DNA from: Catajapyx aquilonaris
Lineage: Eukaryota
DNA: 64,000 bases
Assembly: GCA_000934665.2 (NCBI GenBank)
Contig: JYFJ02001450.1
Location: forward strand, 1-64,000
Reading direction: 5' to 3'
The notes beneath the pieces are model-generated. The model did no database searches and was not told the DNA's origin. It saw nothing but the letters and a program-made list of their open reading frames with translations. Below, piece by piece: positions 1 through 13,619 of this stretch. The translations under genes were made by a program, and so were the position numbers. The number at the start of each line of letters is the position of its first letter. The first letter of the stretch is position 1.

Positions 1-96
1 TTCATTTCCTCCTTAATATTGCTTGAGATCTAAGAAGATTTCGGTGTAATTATCCACGCTTTTTTTCCCCGTGCGAAGAACGGGTACCGCTGCTAG
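1..96 (+). mobile_element. 3' terminus of a Helitron-type element (5' part outside window)
   Basis: Hairpin CCCGTGCGAAGAACGGG (68-84) is followed a few nt later by CTAG (93-96) and then T. This is the canonical Helitron 3' end and matches the element at 26564-26870. Confidence 0.6.
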
Positions 97-515
97 TACT
101 ACATAAGAGGCGCAAACATTCGATTTTTGCGTCTCTCTGTTTTGGGCGTTGCCAAGGCTGGCAGCCATTTTGAAGTGTGTGGAACGCCAACGAGGTATAA
201 ATAGGGTGCAGGCAGGCCGTCAAGGTCCGCGGGGGTCCGCCGCCATTGATGGTTTTGGCTGCCACGGGAATACACGGCAATAACAATTTACTTACCCATT
301 CCAATATCGAATTCAAATTCGCGCGTGTTCTTGCCGTGTAGTTGCCATGGCCGCCAAAACCATCAAAGATGGCGGATCCTATTTTTGCCTGTACCCTATT
401 TATACCTCGTTGGCGTTCCACACATGTCAAAATGGCCGCCAGCCTTGGCAACGCCCTAAACAGAGAGAAGCGAACATCAAAGGCGCCGACAGAAGTTTGC
501 GCCTCTTATGTAGTA
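97..515. mobile_element. Fold-back/MITE-like element (long imperfect inverted repeat)
   Basis: Arm 97-214 (TACTACATAAGAGGCGCAAAC...GGGTGCAGGCA) is the reverse complement of about 386-515. An inner pair lies at about 237-268 / 343-378. Confidence 0.8.
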
Positions 516-570
516 TATGCTCCCTGACACTGCTTTGTAGCTAACACTCCTGCCAGGTGGATTCATGTAC

Positions 571-697
571 TTAGTGGTTGCCTAGGGAGCAGGATATGAG
601 TGTGATAATCGTGACTGCAAAAGAGGTGATCTCGCAAAATGCTATCAGTCATTATTATCAAGCACATAACCATCTTGCTCCCTAGGCAACCCATGTA
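571..697. mobile_element. Short MITE-like element
   Basis: GGTTGCCTAGGGAGCAGGAT (576-595) pairs with ATCTTGCTCCCTAGGCAACC (672-691). Confidence 0.6.
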
Positions 698-1324
698 ATG
701 TGAGCACATCCACCTCTCAGGGTGATCTCCTTACAAAGAGGTGTCATGTTTGTCGCCCCATGTGTCTAGGGGCAGGCCAATGTTTCTGGTCATCTACCTT
801 GTTACCGGTTGGTCCCTTGACATTTCTCCCCCCTACATTTTCGACTTGTTTTGTCCCAAGGAATACACTGACTGTTGCTGGACTTACTGCAGTTGAATCC
901 GGATATAACAGCTTAGGCCATAACACACTTTCGGTTATAACAGGCTCGAAATGCCAGGCCCAGCATACTTCCATAAGGCCCTGTGTATTTTTACTCCTGA
1001 TATAACAGACTCATTTTTCACTTCACCTTGGCCATAACAGACATTTCTTGGCCCCTCAGTGGGAATACATGCTGCTTTTGTAACTGTGGCTTGTATCAAT
1101 GACTTAACATGGCAGATCTCACCTCTCAGGGTTCCTACAGTAATTAGGCCTGCTAGAATTTTCATAAGGACTACATTAAGTTGTGTTAACTACATAATTA
1201 TTTAAAACTGTGTTATCAATGTTCATACTATTCAAGCAGCATCAGATGATTTTATGAAAATTATTTCTGTCACAGAGTAGCCGAAAATGTTCTGAGCGTC
1301 TGAATTTGGTAGAGAGTTGGCAAT

Positions 1325-1517
1325 GGTATGGCAGGGGGTGGACATTGTGTTCATATTCACTTTATGTACTATATCGCTCAAAAGGATAGAGACGATTGGC
1401 ATTTGATTCAAGTGCAAGTTGCACTTGAGTCAAATGCAAAATCGTCTCTATCTTTTTGGGCGATATAGTACATTGCATCCCCAATATGTGACATCATGCC
1501 CTCTCACTGTTCCATGC
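1325..1517. repeat. Fold-back palindrome; core 1364-1473 has a 1-nt loop
   Basis: ATGTACTATATCGC...CAAGTGCAA-G-TTGCACTTG...GCGATATAGTACAT, with weaker symmetry extending outward. Confidence 0.8.
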
Positions 1518-1669
1518 AATACATGGCTGGACATAATAGCAGTCCCTTGGAAATTTTCTGGTGCGAGAGGAGCGAGTGGTGTTCACCTCTCATGCCAGAA
1601 AATTTCCAATTTGGCGATTAGCACTTTTCTGTTACCCTACATTTGCAGACCTTTCTTTCCAAACCATTA

Positions 1670-2720
1670 CAGGGTGTTTCAGAGTCACGGGTCAAGCGCG
1701 CGCGAGGGGGTGGGGAAAAATCGTAGGTGGCGACAACCCTGGTTGGTTTTATAAAACAATTAGAAATACGGCAGTAATCAATCTATTTATTATGGCCGTA
1801 CGGCATGACGTCACATCCTTTCTGTTCGAATTGAGTGGCGCGGACTGGCAGGTTGAACCTGGTTGAACGGCTTTTTAGCCTCGCAGGTTGCACTGAAAAA
1901 GGCGCTCTCATGCTACACCGGCAGGGTACTGAACACACCACTGTACAGTAGTACACTACTTTGTACAGTACCCTGCCGGTGTAGCATGAGAGCGCCTTTT
2001 CCGGTGCAATCCGCAAGGCTAAAAAGCCGTTCAACCTGCCAGTCCATGCCATTCAGTTTGAACAGAAAGGATGTGACGTCACGCCGTGCTGCTGTAATAA
2101 ATAAATTTATTACTGCCGTGTCTTAAGGGTGTTGCTAGTGTTAAGCCAAGACGTTCATGTCCTAGGTTCATGTGTCAATAGAACCATGGACGTGGCTGAG
2201 GCTAAGGTTGTTTGTTTGGATAGGTGTAAATGGCGTAGGTTAATTAATGGGTAAATTGGTCTGAGGATAAGGCTTCCTTTGGTCCGGTGAGTAGAGGGGA
2301 CGTCCCTGGCGGGGTCGATGAGGTGCAAGTTGGTGCCATACACGTCGGTGTGGCCAGGGCGTCCGGAATACTGGCTGGTGGCGAGGGGGCTTGATTTGGC
2401 GAAGTACCATATTGCATAGTGTAATATTTAACTTTAATATTCAGTGTCTGTCGTCTGAGATGGGCAGGGGTGGGGGTGTGGGACGGGTTATTTATAGTTT
2501 TATTTTCACAAGTTTTAATTTAGTTCTAAGTTGGGTTAGCTTGTGTCTCCCTTCATCGCTGACTACCCCTCATAGGGAAATGTCGTGATGCTGTTTTTGT
2601 TTTTGTTGTTGATTACTCCCGTATTTCTAATTGTTTTATAAAACCAACCGGCGTTGTCGCCACCTACGATTTTTCCCCACCCCCTCGCGTGTGCTTGACC
2701 CGTGGCTCTGAAACACCATG
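1670..2720. mobile_element. Tc1/mariner-type MITE (CAGGGTG termini, TA TSD) with an internal long hairpin and an unrelated insert
   Basis: TIRs of about 110 bp (1670-1780 / 2609-2720) are flanked by TA at 1668-69 and 2721-22. There is an inner palindrome at 1767-2119 and a non-symmetric segment at about 2125-2608. Confidence 0.85.
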
Positions 2721-3300
2721 TATAAGGAATTGCTTTACACATGCTTGTACAGGTGTGTGTTTGAATGGTGTCCTACTGGAAAATGATGGGGAACTGCTCT
2801 CAGGAGGAGTAGGCCTGGCTAGAGGCAAGTGGGGAGGTTTGGGGAGGACGAACTCTGCCACAAAGGTGCAAACACCAGGCTATAACAGAAGTGTCTATGA
2901 CAACATGACTGACTTTGTGAATGGGCATCCTCCATGCATCAAGAAGGTTAATGGGAAGTCAAATTAGCATAAAACTTCCACATTTTCATATTAATTAACT
3001 GATTGTAAATTTATAGACATTGTCCCAATTAGGTTCATGCTACAGATGTAACAACTGGATTGCATTATTTTTCATTCATCTCATCTGACCTCATTCATGA
3101 CATTAGCCAGTGCATAGCTGTAAGGAGAGTTTCCCTTGTGCAAATGCAGTATTTCCACAAGAGGACTTGGGAAGTGGGCTTGATTTACACATTTATATGA
3201 ATAATTCATGTATACTGGAAGTGTTGCAGTCCTTTTGAAGGCACCCATTTTTCACATGTTGTTAATTGTAGATGCATTGTTACAGATATTCACATACTTA

Positions 3301-3954
3301 CAAGGGAAGTGTCTGTAGTGCAATCGGCCAATCGGCCCGAAAATGACACTAGGGGTAAATCGCAGGCCAGAAATTCATTGGTGAAAGTAAAAAGTCGCAT
3401 TAGCCAAGCGTTTTTGAGATATGGGCGACTATAGGTGCCCGGCAAACACGAATAAGTTATTATTTACTGAGCTTGTGACTATTCATTTTTCCGAATATGA
3501 AGCCATGGAGAGAGTAGGTAAGCATCGGCAGAAGAAAAAAAAAGTAATGCACTTCCCAGCAAGCTGTTTATTTATTCCTGTTGATTGCAAAAGGGAAGAT
3601 ATGCGGTGATAAATGGTGTTGGGGAAGAAAAAAAAAGAAAACGATGCTCCGAGAGACCGAGACGAGAGAGGGGGGGTGGGGGGGGAAGTCGCTTCCCGCG
3701 GGCTTGAACGCGGAGACTTCGGATCATGACGCGGACGCGCTACCGGCTGAGCCACGAAGACTGTTTATAATTTCTTCTGCCGAATGCGCCCCATTGTCAC
3801 CGAGCAGGTTTGCCGGGCACCTATAGTAGCCCATATCTCGAAAACGCTTGGCTAATGCGACTTTTTACTTTCACCAATGAATTTCTGGCCTGCGATTTAC
3901 CCCTAGTGTCATTTTCGGGCCGATTGGCCGATTGCACTACAGACACTTCCCTTG
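3301..3954. mobile_element. Young non-autonomous DNA transposon (MITE) with ~148-bp TIRs and TTA target duplication
   Basis: 3301-3448 is the reverse complement of 3808-3954, with only two mismatches seen. TTA occurs at 3298-3300 and 3955-3957; a 3-bp TWA TSD is typical of PIF/Harbinger. Confidence 0.9.
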
Positions 3955-4824
3955 TTAGTAATTTCTCTTAGTGATAGTTGCATCCTAATGATGCACCAGT
4001 TAATGTCACACGATGTCTCATCAGAGAAAGCTTAAGATTGCTAATTCAAGAAACAGTAATATTCACTCTTCAGGTGACAGATCTCTCCCTCATATGAAAG
4101 ATGAAGCCAGGATGTATAGCTTTTAACATGTATTGTACTTCATATTGCAAGTAATTTTTCAAGCATTGCATCCTAGAAAGTTACAATGTTGTGTAGATTC
4201 TCAGTGTTAACGTAGTGTGAGTAGCTACTTATCCCTTGGGTGCTTCTTCACTTATGCAGGAAACAATTTAACTGCAATTTAATTTCCAATTATACTGGGC
4301 ATATTAAAATATTCGACCGTGAATGGATTGCACTCCAATTTCAGCAGGTTAGACAAACACATTTAATAAATACACGTACCTACTAATTTCCCAAGTTACC
4401 TTAGGGCTTAGAGCATGAAAAATGCAGCTTAACATACTGCATGTTCATAAGAAGTAGGCCTAATGAAATACTTTTGGATGATTCATAAATATTTGGTTTA
4501 AGCTTCAAGATTGCACTACGCATTGTGGCAAGGTTGTTTTAGAAATTATCTTGAGCGATGTAACGTTTATATCACAAAATAATCTGACTTGACCATCTAC
4601 AAGGAGTGCGTTATATTATACCTGATTCAATTATTCGACACCAAAAAGTGACTCGAATCGTTCTATCTTTCAGGTTACTAGCCCTGGCAGGAACCATTGA
4701 ATATGTTTCTATCATGTCTGGAAAATTCTACTTACTGACGATTTCAAAAATAGGAGTGCCTGCCAGGCATTTATGTACTTTCATAGTGTTTATTCTATGG
4801 TTCATTGACTTTTTTTTACATATA

Positions 4825-5255
4825 CACAGTACTCCCAATTATCCGGGCTAATGACTGCACGGGTGTTGCCGGATAATCAGGAAATGGTCCTAGACATTGT
4901 AAAAATGAGCTATTCACAGGTTTTAATGCACTCCCCTGTACAGAAAATGCTATACTCGGTTGAATCAAAATAAGAAAACTTACCATAGATTTTTACTTTG
5001 TCTTCTAGAAAAAGTACAAATCTATGGTAAGTTTTCGTATTTTGATTCAACCGAGTATATCATTCTCTGTACAGTAGCACATTAAAACCCTGTGAATAGC
5101 TCATTTTTACGTACAATAGAGTACCAGTGTTGGCACTGGTGTACTGCCAATTTAGCAGTATGTAGTTGTGGGACGGAAATTCGACCCATTTTTTGGGACT
5201 TTAAAATGATATTTTTTTGCGATTCACGGATAATCGGTTAATCGGGAGGACAGTG
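4825..5255. mobile_element. pogo/Tc1-like MITE (TA TSD) containing a nested fold-back (4899-5110)
   Basis: TIRs CACAGTACTCCCAATTATCCG / CGGTTAATCGGGAGGACAGTG are flanked by TA. The inner palindrome is GTAAAAATGAGCTATTCACAGG...CCTGTGAATAGCTCATTTTTAC. Confidence 0.75.
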
Positions 5256-6003
5256 TACTCAGGTTTCAGATGACATAAATTTCACAATTTAATACTAAAC
5301 ACGATAATGTTAATATGGAGAGATATAAACCTTTGCATTTTAAACATATAATTAGAGTCAAACTGCTGATACTACATAATAATTATTCAGCTGTTTATTT
5401 TTATCAACATTTATTAGCATCTAATGATCGGTCGCCAACCCTTCGCCTGATCGTGATTACTCTATAATGATGGGTCTTGTTACGGGTTATTACAGAACAC
5501 TAGTTGTTTACCTGGAATTCTAGTCGGATTTCCTTTGCGTGTTTAATGGGCATGATGACAAATCCCTCGGGGGATTAACGTCAATGAACGTTGCATTGAG
5601 TCATTGGCTTATTGTCTAAGAGAAATCCAAACACGCTGCCTCTTTATCCTGACGTATACACTGCACTTGCATGAAGGGTGGCCTAGTGCTTCAGGATACA
5701 AGCACTTCACATATTGGAAGCATTACACTCTGGTTACAGAATGATTTAAAATGTGCAGTACATCTTGTCATGGAACATAGACTGGAGTTTATTTATTTAC
5801 ATATTTACACGTACGAGTATTTATTAATTTATAACAGATTTTCTTTAATACGTCTTAATTTCTTCTCATTTCCTTTTCTCTCTATATAGTATTATACCTG
5901 GGGCAATGACGTTGTTATAAAGATTTGGCCGTTGAATACAACTAAATTGATATTAAATGCTCGTATGTGACCACTAATTGTGTGGAATATAATTATATTG
6001 CAG

Positions 6004-6633
6004 GTGCAGTTTGTGCTTATTGTGCTACACCAGGCTCAACTCTTGTTCACTGACTGCGATTACCCGCGTTTCCAGTGCTACTGGGGATTGTTTTTTGGGA
6101 CTTGGATATTCTTGTTATTCTTAGAATTTTACATAGAAAATTACCAGGACAGAGCAAGAGCACAAAAGGTAGGCGATGTCAAATACAGTATTATTTTGTA
6201 AAATTGAAGCAACGATTTTTGAAACTATTATTATTTACTTCTTCTCTATTCCCAGGCTAAAGACAAGAATCTGGTGGACACTATTTCGTCGTTCATCCCT
6301 TGTCACAACCTCAACGGACACATGAAATCTATCAAGGTGGGAACGCAATGCATGGCAGACGTAATCCACAATGCAAAGTCACTTTTATAATGTTGATCTT
6401 GTTTGAATCCGCAGAATGGAACTGCCAATGGAAAAATACCAAATGGGAAAGTTATGATTGGAAATGGACATGCTATGAATGGAGACGTAAAAGGAATGAA
6501 CGGGAATGTAACGAACGGCAACGGAGTAATGAACAACAAGAATGGGAAACCTGATGACCAAGTGGCACAAAACAACATGATCAACAGAAATGGCTTCAGG
6601 AAGAGCAACGATTCTAACAGAAAGCTGAACTGA
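6004..6633 (+). CDS. ELOVL: ELOVL fatty-acid elongase paralogue 1, last three coding exons (5' exons upstream of window)
   Basis: Exons 6004-6168, 6256-6336 and 6415-6633, all GT-AG and phase 0. Translation: VQFVLIVLHQAQLLFTDCDYPRF...FYIENY...IPCHN...NG-rich tail ending RKLN*. These align with exons 7-9 of the four downstream paralogues. Confidence 0.9.
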
Positions 6634-8939
6634 CCATTACTTAAATGTTATCGAAACATGAAATAGTTGTTATGGAACGTCATATCAGTACAGTGAACTT
6701 TGAAAAACTGGCGATCGGCAACCAAATCAGTACTGATGTTAGGCGAATTGGGTGAAACAGCTGTAAAAGTGCTCAATAAGGATTCATTGAGCTTCAATTT
6801 ACTTTGCGTCAAAGTGTTTTGTGTTTAATACTGCCTAACCGTACTGTTTCTAAAGACTCAGTTGTACATAAGGGCAATATTGATCATCAATCTTCTGTAA
6901 TGCAAGGTTCATACCAGAGGTCAATAATTCCCGCACTGAGAGTGTATCTAGTTTTTCATGGTTAAGTACAGAATATCCGTTTAGTGTGTCATTTGTGTAA
7001 CGAATCTGTAAATATGATGATGTACTGTACATAATTTATTGAAATGCAAGTCTAGGTAAGGGATACCGAGCAATAACGTTAGAAAAAGGCTTCTTAAATG
7101 CAAAACATAATTTATAATTACATATTATGATTTTATAAGCGTCAACGCCCTTTCGAATAGTCAATCTCTTGAAGATAATTATGAATTCCACATTGCAAAA
7201 TTGACACTTGGGTCTGCATTATTGCCAGTGTCAAATGTGAAAAATTTGCTTATCGAAAATACAAACTCGTGTAACAATATTGCAAGATGTGGTCAAAATA
7301 CGCTCGTATTATTAAAATAAAGAATACTGTACAAAAAATGTCATAGTTTTTGTTCATACTGCATATTTAAGACTACTCGATAGATAATGACATTGTTAAA
7401 AGGATGCCCATTTGGTGATGGAAAAGAGAGACAAGATGAATAACTTACTCTTTTTCTGGGAAAAAGTAACACCTTTTCGGTTCATCGGAAAAGTCCGAAT
7501 TTTCCAATAAAAATTTGCTTTAATTTAGGCTCATAAATATTTCCTGTGACAAATATTTCACCCCTTAACAAAAATCCTATTGCTGAGGCTATACAATAAC
7601 TCTTTATTTGAAAAGTTATTAATCCTCAAAGCCATTACGCATAACATCAAGGCCTGATGAGAGTATATCCGGCGTAGAAAGGTTAGAAAATGCAATTACA
7701 TCACTCGTCAGACCTGATTTTTAAAAGTGCAATTCGAATGCCCTTGTTATGATCTTAAAAAAAACCCTGATAAGATTGAAATGATATGTAATACACGTGT
7801 GAATCCCAATCGACCTTCACGCACTTAATTGTCATTACTGCTTTGTGCAACGAATGGATGTGTGACATCCAAGTCCACTGGCCATGAGGAGGGTACGTTG
7901 ATTAATCGTGGCATAATTATATCCGTGGGTAAAATCAGTGAATCGTATGATCTGTAGACTGTGGCTTTTTCTTGATGTAAAAATGTGCATTGGTACTAAT
8001 TGATATCAGCTTGAAAGATCATTTACTTACTTTTTTTGCCATATCCTTCCAAAATGATATTATTTTCCACCGACCGACGCGAAGTTGATTCTTTATCTTG
8101 AAAGTAAGGAAGAATCCCGTTCAATTAGAGAAGGAACGTTATGCAATTGAGCCGACTGTCATCATTTTTAAATTACTCCGAGATTTTCTCAGAAGGGTCC
8201 GGTTATTAATGCATGTTTTACGGCGTATGTCTAGGGTAAAGCCGGAAAAATTACTTTTTTTCTCTTTTATAGTGATGACATTGCTATATACAACTGCTAT
8301 TTCATTAATTAGTGTAGTAGGCAGTCACTGTGAGGAAATCTAAGTGCCGGAGGCTGCATCTGCTACACGCAGGGCTGTAGTAAAATGCGATAAATAACGT
8401 GATATCAGAAGTTAATGACACCATTATGCGTCAAAAATATCTGGCGTGTGCATTCACCAGTGATTTTTTTAAAATCTTACATTAATTTAGGGTACAAGAT
8501 GTGGGGGAGAAGAGCAAATTATTCATATTCAATTTCCCTTCCAGGTTTTAAAAACGATCGAATCTTTGGTGAATGTGAAAATGAGGGGGTTAAAAATATA
8601 GAAATGAAACTTTCTCTTGTTAACCCCTGACATTAACAATGGAGCCCCAACAGCCAGGGGGGTATTGTTTGAAAAGGTTTGTTGATGCCGGAACAGACAG
8701 CATAGTATGCACGTCAGAGACCAAGATGAATGGGCCATCACTTGGTGATTTTGGCGGGTTGACAAGTTTCTACATATAGATCCCGGAGTATATGTCACCC
8801 ACGTGACTGGGACATGATAGGAACATAAAAATGGTCGGATAATAATATGATAAAAAGACTTTTTAATGAAATACAACAAAATACATACAAAAATAATATG
8901 AATTACAGTATTATGGATATCTAAGAAATAGTGAAGTGT

Positions 8940-9900
8940 TGTTTGATTTTTTGCTTTATTTAGACTTTGTCGGCCTGCAGCACATGACACTTGGACGACC
9001 CTCCTCCTCCTTCGCATGTTTACATTTACATTTACATACTCCTCATAAAACAAAACTGTGATCATAGGGCTACTGAACAATAATATTACAATTTAACTAA
9101 GACAACACGAAACAAACATTCATACGTATACAAGCGTAAATGTAACGTACCCTACCTCGTAGTAGAGAACAGCATTTGATGAGAAAACATAAATGTATAG
9201 CTGGTGAAAAAAGTGTGTTGCATTTTTATGTTATTACGAATAGAAACGTAATTAGACATCCGAGCCTTCGTTGCTAAGGCTCTCCACTTCTTTAACCACA
9301 AGATGTCCATAAGTGTTAGGATGCTGTTCTATAGTCTGAGCGGGACGATAGTATACGTCTAGGAGACAGATTTCCAGAGGGCGAATTTTCGGGATTCTAT
9401 ACTGTCAGTCCTATAAGATGGTGCACTGTGTTCAACGAATTAGACATGTTGATTAGACACGGTAATTATTTTGTCTGAATGATTATTAAGGTCATAGGAG
9501 GATATGGCTGGAACAGGTGGGTGCGTACGTATCTTAAGTGTAACGGTGTTTTTACGAGTAGTATTAAACCTCGATGTGAATGTGTTAAGAGGACCCTGAA
9601 GGGTATTATAATACGTTTGTTAAGTGCGTCTGTTATTGCGGTTTTAATTATTTTTATTGCTTACAGAATGTGAGCCGCGGTATCTGCACATATGTATATT
9701 GCATTACTGTATCTTGTGATAGACTACGTTACGCTTACTTGTTAGATTAAATACTGTTAGATTTTCCGAGATGTTTTAATAGCCTACGTGTGATCCATTA
9801 TAACTGAGAGGGGTGTTATATAATATTCCTATTTGTAGCTAACAACTGCCGGTAACCTGTGTGTCCTTCTTCATCTCTTATTGCCCCTTAGAGAGAAATG
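8940..9900 (-). mobile_element. Highly decayed 3' fragment of a non-LTR retrotransposon (L2/CR1-group-like)
   Basis: The minus strand gives broken motifs SYK-LGI...NTLS...DH and SITRYSNAIY, resembling the YLG and post-RT regions. It ends in AATAAA plus an A-rich tail near 8945-8960. Confidence 0.4.
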
Positions 9901-10359
9901 TAGTGCTGTAGCCTATATATGTATAATTAATTCATTAAAAAGGCTGAGACGACCAGTGACATCTAATAATAGAGATAATGATCATATTGTGACCAGGGCT
10001 ATAAATTATTAATGAATAGCAAATTTGAAAAAGGGGCGGTGCAACTTCCGACTATGCATCAGCTGTGCGATCATCAAACAAGTGATGGACATGTGCAGCC
10101 TATTCTCAAACTCCAGTGTTTCATAGTTCAACAGAGCCTTTAGCGACGAGTGTAAGTGCATCTCTTTTTTTGATTTCACCACCCCGTCAGAGTAGTGCTA
10201 ACCCACTCATAAATTTTGCCATACCTCTACCCTCAAGTGGTACTGCAAACTCACCCTCTGAACTCCATACCAGTCTTAGTGTACCCAGTGCTCCAGTTTC
10301 ATATGTCCATGGCGCAATCTATACACAGTCGGGATCTTTCCAGTACTAGCGTAAATCCA

Positions 10360-13300
10360 ACCCAAGTGTAGGTTCATGGTACATCGGTGGATTAGCAATT
10401 GGAGAGGCCATCAGTGAGTTCAATGACCTATTCTTTACACCAGGTTGCTACGGTTTTACTGAGACTTGGTCACAGGATGAAAAAGCGACGATGGAGGTGA
10501 AAAACTATCAGATTTACCAGTCCCCAGCAACCAGCTTGGCTAAGATCGATAGATATTCGGGGGGTCTGTTACTCCTGGCCCATACTAGTCTGAAGCCAGA
10601 AATATTGTAATTGATCCTAACTTGATTGTCTTGTATATTACTTTTCCTCCCGCGATTGGAAGAATTACATTTGGTTTAGTATACATTATTCCGCCTTCCC
10701 CCCTTTATCGTTCAGTGCTGTCCAAATTCCAAGAATTCATCGACAATAATGCAAACTGTGATGACCGACTATTATACTTATGGGGGATTTTAATGCTAGA
10801 ATTGCGGACTACAACCAACCAGTGTCTGTCCATGGGACTGGTATCTAAATCCTGAACACCCGAAGTAAGAGACGAAGTAGTTAACTATAGGGGGAGATGT
10901 TTTATTCAATTTATAGATAACTACTCATTATGAGTATACTGAATGGAACTACGAAATCGGATCCGCTTGGAGAGTCTACTTTTATAGGAAAGAGGGGAAA
11001 CAGTGTTGTTGATTTTGCGATATGCTCACGCAAATTAAGAAATTAAATATAGGACTTTAGATTAGAGTATGTGACAACACTGTTTCGGATCCCTTGCTGT
11101 AGTGACGGAATTTTTGGTTCTATCTTCGGACACCCCCAAATTATGTCGAAAACAAATCGATTAATTAGGCCGAAGGCAGGCTTTACCTTTCTTAATGATA
11201 CAATTGACCAACTGGACTGGACCGGATTTGGGGAAATGACTGCTATAAATGCAGCTCAGTCCCTAATATTGTTAATTTCGGGAGTACTAATGGATTTTGG
11301 TCTTATCACGCAGGTTAGCAGTCCCACTGTTAGGGTGAATAGACCTGTGTGGTTCGACCAGGATCTAAGGGCCATGAAAAAAACAACTAGGACGCAGTTA
11401 AAGAAATGGCGATTATCGGATGACGAAGAGGATAGGTGGGGATTTCCAGACAACAATAGGATGTATAGAAAATGTCTAGTGCAAAAAATTGTATTTTTCC
11501 AGTACCACCCAACAAATGCTAGACTCGAAGAGTCCTATAGGGACTTTTGGGCCACTATTAAAAGATTTCATTCCAAAACGAGAGTGACCGAGCTATCACA
11601 GGACAAATGGCTTTATTACTTGTTCGACTATTACGATGCTACGACAAACGAACTGTTTTTGGAGGTTCCTATCTGGTCTCCCCATCCGCTGGATCAGGAT
11701 TTCGAAATGAACGAGCTAAAAAAGTTCTTCACAAGCTTAAAAAATACAAGGCAACGGGGCCTGATTTAATTCCAAATGAACTCTGGAGGTACTTATCTCT
11801 TCCTTCAAGAAGCGCTCTGCTGGCTGTACTATAAATAAAATTATGAAAGAATCAGTTTTCCGTGAGGAGTGGGTGGCAGTACTAGTAATTTTGATATTTA
11901 AAGGAGGGGACCCCACTGATCCTCTTTGCCATCGACATATTACCTTGATAAAATATACAATTATTACAAAGATTATCACAGCCATGATGGATGATAGATT
12001 AAGAAGATGGGCAAAGTATTGGAATATTTTTGCCGGAATTTCAAGCAGGTTTCCCAATTGGATCACCTATTCACATTAAATACTTTCATTCAGAAATATA
12101 CGGCTAAACCGGAGGGCAAGCTCTACACAGCCTTCATTGACCTAACCAAAGCATTGGATAATATATCCCACGACAAACTATTCCGCAAACTGACTACCCT
12201 TGGACTAGGAGATAAGATTCCTACAGTAGTTGATCCGTGCTTATTTATGGGACGGCCGCAATAAAGAGGAATGTCGAAGGACAGAAAATTAGTATAACCA
12301 GGGGAGTATGCTTCAGGGAGAGACCTACACTATTTAATATTATTCTTAGCGGATATAGTTGAACTTTGGGACAAAAATGATATCCCATGAGTAAATTTTG
12401 GTCCAAATAAGAAAGACCAACACTGTTTACAATTTGCTGATGATTTAGTGATTTTGGCCCACCAACAAATCTATCTCCAAAGATCTCTAGATAGATTGGC
12501 AAATTATTTGGATGATAAAGGATTAACATTACTATCAACTTAAATAAAAACCAAAATTATGGTATTCAACAGGAGTGGGCTATCCCGTGAAATGCAGCTC
12601 TATTGACACCAAAAGCATCCCATTGAAAATTGTTCACGTTACAAGTACTTAGGGGTTATTTTCTCAGCGTCAGGATTATTTAGGGCTATGCTTGACAATG
12701 TTTGTACGAAAGGTACTACGCTTACAAATGCTCTTTGGCCGACGCTCATGAAGTTAAAGTTACGCAAGTTTACACAAGCCATGAAATTATTCAATACGCA
12801 AATAATTACATCTGTAATATATGATGCTCCGATCTGGGTCACTAGCTTATTTAAGGAGATTGAAAAGGCTGTCTTTTTTTATCAGGAAATTTTTCACACT
12901 CCCGGCAAAAAACAGTGCTACTTACTTCATGAAGCTTGAAACAGGTCGCCGTCATTATTTTGTTCACAACATGCTGGTTCACAAATATCGCGGAACAACA
13001 GCGTTGATTGTTAAAATATCCTTTCAGGACCCATTAGGACAAGTCGGATAAATTTCAACGAAGATGACTGTTGTTCCTTGTGTTCCATACAAAATCCTAC
13101 ATCCTTGCACCATTAATTATATGAATGCAGTTTCATTTCGGGTGCTTGGCAAAAGTACTTAGCGGAAATCCCGACTGTCCCACCCGATTCGATACATACT
13201 ATTTTTTGCGATCTAACGAAAATGAACATATTTTATTCCCTTCACCGTCCGATCATTTGTGATTTAGAGACGAAATCTAAATACCAGACCTCCTCAGTGA

Positions 13301-13527
13301 GTACCCGGGCCGGTCCAGTCCAATGGGTGATTACCTTATTTCGGGTTTCAAAGTGTAACCGATCTTTTCAAATTGTGAATTGGTTAATATCTATTATAGT
13401 GGCATGGTTAACGGTATCGGTCTGTGTTATGTAAACTTGTTTTGTTAAGTGTCCTTGAATTGTAAACTAAATAGGGGCAACTCCCCCCTCAAAAGGTACT
13501 GTACCTTAAAAGGAAAATATAAAAAAA

Positions 13528-13619
<92 letters not shown>
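10360..13619 (+). mobile_element. Decayed LINE (APE endonuclease + reverse transcriptase + C-terminal CCHC), many stops and frameshifts
   Basis: APE motifs: TETW (~10460), ILMGDFNAR (10775-10800), ILNG...STF...SVVDF (~10935-11020). RT motifs: KATGPDLIPNE, FIDLTKALD (~12135), FADDL (12433-12447), YKYLG (~12640). A CSLC-x-HH-x-C motif lies at ~13070-13130, followed by a (TAC)n(TAA)n tail at 13528-13619. The element may extend 5' to ~9970. Confidence 0.92.
13528..13619. repeat. Compound microsatellite (TAC)n(TAA)n, the LINE 3' tail
   Basis: Read directly from the sequence. Confidence 0.95.

Noticed and set aside
50..2126. Pairs of similar ORFs on opposite strands (50-451/347-544 and 1783-2052/1863-2126; also 48743-49120)
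   Set aside because: They are mirror translations of palindromic MITE arms, not genes.
11071..11769. Longest ORF in the window (232 aa) as a host gene
   Set aside because: It is the endonuclease-RT linker fragment of the decayed LINE.
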